From Eledone cirrhosa (lineage: Eukaryota), in assembly GCA_964016885.1 (NCBI GenBank), contig OZ024763.1, forward strand, positions 24,862,001 to 24,926,000: a stretch of DNA of 64,000 nt. The letters run 5' to 3'. A program made the position numbers and the translations under genes. Below the pieces are notes generated by a model. It had not been told where the DNA came from and ran no database searches. It worked only from the letters and a program-made list of their open reading frames with translations. Shown one piece after another: positions 55,556 to 64,000 of this stretch. Numbering within the stretch: position 1 is the first letter of the stretch; each line of letters starts with the position of its first letter.

Positions 55556-55747
55556 CATATATATAATAATAATAATATTACTTATAGTTATATATACACT
55601 ATATACAACTATAAACAGGAAAGGTCAGTAACTCAATACTACCTTGTTACCAGTAAGAAAAAACTGTTGATGACAGCATTAATATCCATGTATCTATATG
55701 ATTGTTCAGTTAAATAAGAAGTTAATTATATGTCCAAACTTTACTAG

Positions 55748-55794
55748 TGCTCCGATGATTCCAAACGAAAGTTTGGAAGAAACGATTATCAGCA
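55748..55794 (+). ncRNA. Minimal type I hammerhead motif, U4C core variant
   Basis: TGCT-CCGATGA-TTCCAAAC-GAAA-GTTTGGAA-GAAAC-GATT-ATC-AGCA then AATAAA; perfect 8 bp stem II with GNRA loop, 4 bp stem I. Confidence 0.7.
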
Positions 55795-55859
55795 ATAAAA
55801 TGATTGGAACATAGTTTTGATTATTGTGTAATTTACATATATATATATTTATTATTATT

Positions 55860-56172
55860 ATTAACTTTGCTGTTCATCATTACGGGGTTGATAAAATAAA
55901 GTACTAGTAATGTACTTGGTAATTGCTGGTCTTGTGCCAAAAGTAGAAACAATTATTATTATTATTAGCCGGGTGGTGAATTGGCAGTACCGATAGAGGG
56001 TTGGACGCCATGCTTTCTAGCATAGTTACGTCCCTTTACAGTCTGAGTTCAAATCCCGCCGAGGTTAACTTTGCCTTTCATCCTTACGGGGTCGATAAAA
56101 TAAAGTACCAGTAATGTACTTGGTAATTGCTGGTCTTCTGCCAAAAGTAGAAACAATTATTATTATTATTAG
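55860..56172 (+). mobile_element. Tandem family A SINEs (partial plus full)
   Basis: 3' halves 55862-55972 and 56066-56177 near-identical. Confidence 0.88.
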
Positions 56173-56705
56173 CCGGGAAGGGCAGGCAGTTTTTATCTGT
56201 CTGGTGGCCACGGCGAAAGAGATAGTATGGTGGACACGTTTGAAAGAGCTGAAGACGAGCACTTACCTCTTCGGTGATGCCCTGATTGACTTTTTCAAAT
56301 TTCATTTGAAAAGGAAAATCAGGGTAGAGAGGGAAGTGCTCTCTTCCCAGCAATTTGTTGAAAGATGGGTGAGAGAGGCAAGAATGGCCCGAGTGAATGG
56401 GCCTACTCTGAGTATGTGTCTGTAAATTAAAGGTGGAAAACTGGGAGAGGGCACTTGCCCTGGTGGTCAGGGTCACTGTGGTCTTTTAATAGGCTTTCTC
56501 CACAAATGTCCCTCGGAAGTCTCCCCCTATTGGGGAATCTTTCATTGTCATTTTTTTTATTACATCCTCTGTTTTTTTTTACACGTAGAAATGCCCATTT
56601 GTACCGTCCTGTACTGTCCTTAATGTCTAGTTTATGTAAACCCTTGTGGTTAATAAAGAAAGCTTTATTATTATTATTATTATTTTTATTATTATTATTA
56701 TTATC
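56170..56705 (+). mobile_element. 5'-truncated L1/Tx1-type LINE 3' end
   Basis: ORF end FICLVATAKEIVWWTRLK...FVERW matches the AK..(I/V)W..R and F..RW pattern of Tx1/L1 ORF2 C-termini; ~230 bp 3'UTR, AATAAA, (TTA)n tail. Confidence 0.7.
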
Positions 56706-56885
56706 ACGTCATAGCATAGTGAATTCTGAAGGATTTCAGGTATATATACAGTGACATCAGCGAATGTAGAGCAAACATATTTAATCTTGTTTAAGTCGGG
56801 GTTATTTGGTTGGTTGCAGATGCCATTCAGTAGGAACGTGGTGTGTGTAAACATGCAACATATGTATATATTTATATATACATAT

Positions 56886-56918
<33 letters not shown>

Positions 56919-57003
56919 CATACATACGTATATAGAAGGCACCTATCAATAAATGATTTGCATATATACATATTTATTTAGATGTGTGTATAATATATGT
57001 CTA

Positions 57004-57042
<39 letters not shown>

Positions 57043-57078
57043 ATAATATATAAAAAATATATATATACACACATCTAA

Positions 57079-57148
<70 letters not shown>

Positions 57149-57357
57149 CGAGACTCATACGTCTGCTGTCATACATATTTAATGAATATTTCAGTAAACA
57201 GTATGGAAGAGAAGGGAAAATGTTTGAAATAATGTCCAAGACATTTTGAAAATTTAACGATGCATATCCGTACATACACGTACACACACATACACGTACA
57301 GGCACTCACATACACATACAACTATATATATATATATTATGAGACAGAGAGATACGT

Positions 57358-57399
<42 letters not shown>

Positions 57400-57404
57400 A
57401 ATAG

Positions 57405-57454
<50 letters not shown>

Positions 57455-57875
57455 AATAGATATTATATATATATATGTACACACACACACATATAAAACA
57501 TATATATTTGTATTTAATATATATACTTATATGCACACAGACATATACATATATATAAATATTATATATATATACATATAATTATATAAATTGGCATAAC
57601 GGCATATTATGAAAATATGCATTTAAATATATTATATATACATTGGTGTATATATGTCAATTGGATACATTGTTTACTATGACTGGGTATATACTGTGCT
57701 ACTATGTTGAACCGACATTGGTATAAGTATCATATAAACATAAATATACACAATTTTTAGGCAATAAACACACAAACATATATGTATATATATACATAGA
57801 TTCATATATATATATATATATACATAGATTCATATATATATATACATATATATATGTATATATATTCATAAATTC

Positions 57876-57909
<34 letters not shown>

Positions 57910-57916
57910 TCATAGA

Positions 57917-57963
<47 letters not shown>

Positions 57964-57970
57964 TCATAGA

Positions 57971-58008
<38 letters not shown>

Positions 58009-58559
58009 GATTCATATATATATATATACATATATATATGTATATATATTCATAGATTCATATACATATTTATATATATGCATATATGTGTATACATGTA
58101 TATTTGTATATATATATATATTCATAGATATATATATAGATATATCCATATATACATATTTATATATATGTGTATACATGTATATGTGTAATTTGTATAT
58201 ATGTATATGTGTGTGTGGTGTGTGTGTATATCTTTGTGTGTGTATGTACATATATATTTATATATAAATATATGTATATATATATATGTGTATACATGTA
58301 TATATGGATATATATTCATACATATGTATGTATATGTTTATACATGTGTGTATAGATATATATGTGTGTGTGTATACATATATATAAACCTGTGTTGTGA
58401 TTTGCAAATTACAAATTACATAAATTGTCATGCAAAAATAGACCTCCCTCTCATTTCTAATATTCTAGAAACTGCATAATTTTAAAAACAAGCATCATCC
58501 ATTTTATGTCTAATGCATAAATTTCAAAAATAAAAGCATGCTGGATAATTTAGCTTTAT

Positions 58560-59395
58560 TCATTTGTACGTCAATTCTATTCTTCTTGTTTTGAAAGGAA
58601 ATCTATCCTGTGATCTCATCATGCAAGGCACATCTTTTAAATTCTATAGCGTCAGTGCAGTTTTTCTGAGAGCTGAACACTTCTAAGTTCTTCATAAACA
58701 ATATATCTATTTGCTTCAGTAGCATCAATGCACTTATTTCTTTCAATGGATAATAAATACACCGAGTCCATTTAATCTTTCATGGCTTTTTGAGCCAAGC
58801 CATCAGGTATTTATTTGTTTCCAGACTGAATGTGTGCGTTCTTCTGAATTAGGACTGCTCAGGTATCCAATTGAAATCCTTCTTTAGATGCTGTTCTGAG
58901 AAAGGGTTTTTATTTTCTGCTATTAAATCAGCTATCTCAAGTAGCACATATTAATTTATTTTTCCTTTAAACTCAGTCATTGTATACAGGTAAATACGTT
59001 TATTTTCCATAAGTTAATATTATCCAAACAAACAACTATAGAAATCGAATCTTAGTAAATGATTATGGAATATAAATTTTTCACATGTTATCCTTCTCAT
59101 GGCGTGGTTTCGATTCTTGGGTAGAGCCGCATGTTGTGTTTGTGGGCAAAGTATTTCAATTTTACTTTCTTCCTTCTGCCAAGGGTTGCGAAGGTTAGAT
59201 AGTATCAAAATGGAAATGCCCATGGACACGTTTCCACTCTTTCACAAACATCCACACACACACACTTGCATATATATATATATACATATATATATGCCTC
59301 TGGCATTGTTGTATTTTTAATACTACATGTATTTCGAAAGTTTTTTTAGTTGTATTTTTTTAAAGACATCATTTCGTGTTTCTGAAAGTATGTAA
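58560..59395 (-). pseudogene. Highly decayed hAT (Buster/Charlie/GTF2IRD2-like) transposase remnant, interrupted near 59090-59290
   Basis: Collinear fragments on minus strand: frameshifted VFKKYNLKKHFE-like segment (~59330-59370), EIADLIAENKNPFSE (~58895-58940), LSIERNKCIDATEANRYIVYEEL (~58685-58755). Confidence 0.45.
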
Positions 59396-59664
59396 TTATT
59401 GATTATATCTTAAGTTAAAAGGATTTTCATGGAACCCGATAATATCCTTGGATACTGTGTCATTAGCTACAAATATTTTCTCAATAAAACTATCGATTTT
59501 GACAGACATAAATTATGGTCATGTGACGGGGTTAAAACAACAGTCCGAGATGGAAGAACTTGATATAAATGACTGCATTAGTTGTTTTTTTCCGATAAGT
59601 GCTTGCAATTTCTGTAACAAAATTATGGGTATACACGCAGAATCAAAGCGTCAGAAATTAATAG

Positions 59665-60480
59665 AAGAATGAAAAAAGAAAGCAAAAAGGGAGGGGAAAG
59701 AAATGTTATTGGAAAGACGAAAGTGAGAAAGAATGAATGGAAACATAATATAGTAAAAGGAATAATAAATGAAATGGTGAATGAAATCAGATGGAAAGAA
59801 GTGGCGAAATAGATGAAGAAAGAAAGAATAAAAAGAAAATTAAGAAACAAGTAACGAAAGATATGGAGAGAGGGATGGGCAGAGGAAAGAACGAAAGAAA
59901 TGGAAAGAAAGTACGAAATGAGCAAAAGGAAGAAAGGACGAAGGAAAAAAGAAAAGAAAGATGTAGAAAGAAAATAGAAAGATGTAGAAAGAAAATAGAA
60001 AGATGTAGAAAGAAAAAGAACGAGGGAACGATAAAATGATGAAAAAATGAAAAGATGAACGAAAGGAATCGTGTAACAAATGAAATACTTGAAAGAAGGA
60101 AAAACTGAAAGAACGAAAGGAATGGTGTAACAAATGAAATACTTGAATGGATGACGGAAAAAGATTGAAAGAGAAAGACAGGAATGGCGTAACAAATGAT
60201 GAAATACTTGAATGAAGGAAAAAAAGAAAGAAAGAAAGAAAGTAAGGAATAATGAGCAGATGCTGAAAGAGTTGAATGAAGGAAAAAAAGAAGAAAAAAA
60301 AGAGAAACAAAGAAACAAAAATCTAAGAATAAAACGTAAGGAAAGGTGTAACAAATGATGAAATACTTGAATGAAGGAGAAAATGAAAGAAAGAAAGAAA
60401 GAAAGAAAGAAGGCAAGGAATGGAATTAGGAAAGAAAAGGAGAATATAGTGGAAGGAAGGTATTGATGAAGATGAAGAGT
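59665..60480. repeat. Purine-rich (GAAA) tract with repeated GTAACAAATG(ATG)AAATACTTGAA motif
   Basis: Motif occurs 4 times; AGAAAGATGTAGAAAGAAAAT occurs 3 times. Confidence 0.85.
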
Positions 60481-60601
60481 ATGACAGAGTCTGGTTGTTA
60501 TTGAAGATTTAAACAGCGTTCTACTTAATCCCATTTAAATCCCGTAGAAATTGTATCATGGCTGGAGACCGGTAACTTGTCATCCATGTACACTCTCTAG
60601 C

Positions 60602-60758
<157 letters not shown>

Positions 60759-60937
60759 CAATCTCTCTCGCTGTCCCTTTCTCTCTCTCCCTCAGTATAT
60801 ATTTATGTATATATATATATAAACAAGGTAAAAAGCAAATATCTATATATATATATATGAATGCGAATGTGCATATATATATGTATATATATATACACAC
60901 ATATATATACATATATATATATATACATGTATATATG

Positions 60938-60968
<31 letters not shown>

Positions 60969-61204
60969 ACACATATATACATGTATATGTATATATATGT
61001 GTGTGTATATATATATACATATATATATGCACATACATGTATGTATATGAGTATGTGTATATATATATACATATTTATATGCACATACATGTATGTATAT
61101 GAGTGTGTATATAAATATACGTCTATACATATAGATATATATAAATATATACATGTAAGTATATATTTATATATGCTATATATATATATATATACATAGG
61201 TTTA

Positions 61205-61308
<104 letters not shown>

Positions 61309-61694
61309 AGTGCCTTTGTCTCAGTATGTGTGCAAGTGACTAAGTACTAGAAGTTAAAGTGGTTTGTGTATATAACTTGGTTTGGAGATTTTATGTCAAT
61401 GTCTCCAAGATATATGTGTGATGTAAACTGTGAGACCCCAGGTGACGTTGGAAATAATGGTGGGGATTAAGGGGTTTGGTGGAGGGCCCTGGTGGAGGTT
61501 TCGGATCTGGCAATTAAGTCAGGTAGGAATCGTCTCCGTGACAAGAAAATAGGGGATTAAGGAGAACGGTTATACGGAAATAAGTGACATGGGAAAGAAG
61601 ATATATCAATGTTTACACTCACACAAACATACACACTCGCACATGCGTACATACAGACACACACACATACATACACACACTTGCACACACACTT

Positions 61695-61733
<39 letters not shown>

Positions 61734-61744
61734 TACACATACTT

Positions 61745-61808
<64 letters not shown>

Positions 61809-61948
61809 CACACACACATATATATAGTAATAATAAATCCGAAGAGGACTTGATAAAGATTGTATATATAAAAGCAACCAAACAGTGAGTGTGTTCTATT
61901 ATTATTTCTGGCAATATTATAACAATGTGACCCTCCCCAAATATATCA

Positions 61949-61980
<32 letters not shown>

Positions 61981-62007
61981 ACATATATATAAACCCGTAG
62001 AGCAAAT

Positions 62008-62053
<46 letters not shown>

Positions 62054-62129
62054 CGAGGGAATTGTGGTAAGGAACCAGGTGGACCATAACGCACCAGAGT
62101 ACTCAATACTTAGGGTAGTAGAGTGGGTG

Positions 62130-62242
62130 ATAGGAAAAGGTATGACTCCGACGGCAGAGCTCAAGCCGTTTCGACGGCTATTTCAGTTTTGAAATAGCCG
62201 TCGAAACGGCTTGAGCTCTGCCGTCGGGGTCATACCTTTTCC

Positions 62243-62245
<3 letters not shown>
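62130..62245. repeat. GC-rich hairpin, 56 bp arms and 4 nt loop, containing an HHR 3' half
   Basis: Arms 62130-62185/62190-62245 with one T-G wobble; arm reads GAAA-CGGC-TTGAGCTCT-GCCG-TC. Confidence 0.95.
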
Positions 62246-62275
<30 letters not shown>

Positions 62276-62747
62276 TGATTTGTTTTGTGTGTGTGTGTGT
62301 AAAGGAAATTAAGTTGACAGCGAGAAGTTCTTAAATCGTTTAATCTTTACAATTGTTTCGATGCAATTTTTTTCTACTGACACAGAACTTGGCAACATGT
62401 AATAATGATATTACTGATAACAATCAAACAGGTGGAATAATATATATACTTTACGCTAGTTTGAGTTTTAAAAACTTTGTATTTCCTCAGAAGGAAGTAC
62501 AAAGTTTTTCGATTAGAAGTATAGGCTGGCCTTTTTAGTTAAGATACACTATCCATCAATTCGCCGGACTGCCAAACAGTTTCCGTCTACCAAATTTCCC
62601 TCAGAAATCGTATTGGGATTGAACCCGGGATTTGTCACTACATAATATCATACACACACCACATATGACACACTTACACATCACCTAAAGCTATACACAA
62701 AATCATACCACATGTATCAATTAATATATTACATTATATCATAAACG

Positions 62748-62942
62748 AGGGCGGTGGATTGGCAGTTTCGGTAGAGAGTCGGACACCATGCTTTGAAGCA
62801 TAGAGTTACGTCCGTTTATGATCTGAGTTCAAATCCCGCCGAGGTTAACTTTGCCTTTCATCCTTACGGGATCGATAAAATAAAGTACGAGTAATGCACT
62901 GGGTAATTGCTGGCCTTGTGCCAAAAATAGAAACAATTATAT
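62748..62942 (+). mobile_element. Full-length family A SINE
   Basis: GGGCGGTGGATTGGCAG head, B box, body. Confidence 0.9.
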
Positions 62943-62974
62943 CATAAACGATATCACATTTAATACCACATGAA

Positions 62975-63320
62975 ACCATATATTGTATGACAAGGATTAT
63001 CAGACAAATCGTATCACACAATACACATACAGTACATAAATATCACTCACAATGTTATATTAAATAAATGTTTCACTTAATATTACATAAACCATATATC
63101 GTATGACAAGGAGTGATATACACCATAAAGATATCTCACCATCTTATACTAAATAAATATCTTATTTAATACCGAATATATTGTATGACAAGGAGTATTA
63201 TATAAAGTCGTATCACACACTTACACAGTATATCACATAAATATCACACATACAGTGTTATACACCACATAGATAAAACACAGTGTTACAGTAAATAAAT
63301 ATTTCACTTAATATTACATA
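62975..63320. repeat. Degenerate ~115 bp tandem repeat, ~3 copies
   Basis: ATATA(T/C)GTATGACAAGGA and TAAATAAATATTTCACTTAATATTACAT recur. Confidence 0.75.
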
Positions 63321-63437
63321 TCATTCAGTGTATAATATCCGTTAAAAGATGTAACACTACATCAAATACACACATACAAACTTACCTACATACACACACG
63401 CATGCATGGATACAAACACATCGACGCACACACACAT

Positions 63438-63490
<53 letters not shown>

Positions 63491-63637
63491 AATACATATA
63501 TACTTACATACACGCACATAAACACACACATTTACATACAAATATACCTACAGGCAGATATAAGCATATATGCATACACATCATGCTTATGTGTATACAT
63601 ACGTATACACATCTGTCTGCATATATACATATTTATT

Positions 63638-63916
63638 CATAAATAATGTGTAAAACGTGACAAAAATACAAAAAACATGGCGGACCATGTTTCGTATGTT
63701 TGCTAAGGGCGACAAAATGAAGAGAGACACCTACACACGCATATGCGTGTACACACACACACACACATACACTCACACGTATAGCTGCATACTTATACAT
63801 GCATGTCTATATATATGTATATGTATTTATAAATAATGTAAAACGTGATGAAAAAAACAAAAACAAAAAATTTTAAATATGGCGGACCAACTTTCGTATT
63901 TTCGCCATGGGCGACA
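63638..63916. repeat. Two-copy ~190 bp tandem duplication
   Basis: ATAAATAATGT..AAAACGTGA..ATGGCGGACCA..TTTCGTAT..GGGCGACA occurs twice. Confidence 0.8.
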
Positions 63917-63932
63917 CACAGACACATACACA

Positions 63933-63966
<34 letters not shown>

Positions 63967-64000
63967 TACACACACATTCGTATGCGCATTCATTACAGAC

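Noticed and set aside
59623-60534. 303 aa Phe/Ser/Leu-rich ORF resembling a membrane protein
   Set aside because: Antisense translation of a GAAA-rich low-complexity tract

Overview
Eukaryotic, AT-rich, repeat-saturated genomic DNA with one 200-N assembly gap (9132-9331). The SINE families and the extreme (TA)n/(TG)n load look like an octopus (coleoid cephalopod) genome; this is an inference from recognised repeat patterns, not from a search. Almost all ORFs in the supplied track are microsatellite artefacts, and no complete protein-coding gene can be supported. Supported features: giant compound microsatellite arrays, head-to-tail arrays of tRNA-derived SINEs, two non-autonomous Helitrons with intact ends, and decayed fragments of L1/Tx1, R4/Dong, RTE and hAT elements. 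About 1 kb is duplicated across the gap, and the two copies differ by a SINE insertion. The main unexplained structure is a dense set of about a dozen hammerhead ribozyme (HHR) motifs of the minimal type I kind associated with Penelope-like elements. These include a repeat unit with HHRs on both strands that share a CCGANGA (U4C) core variant, and long near-perfect palindromes whose axis lies in HHR stem II, with the 5' catalytic box replaced by the mirror image of the 3' half. All folds were read by eye and need computational and biochemical confirmation.
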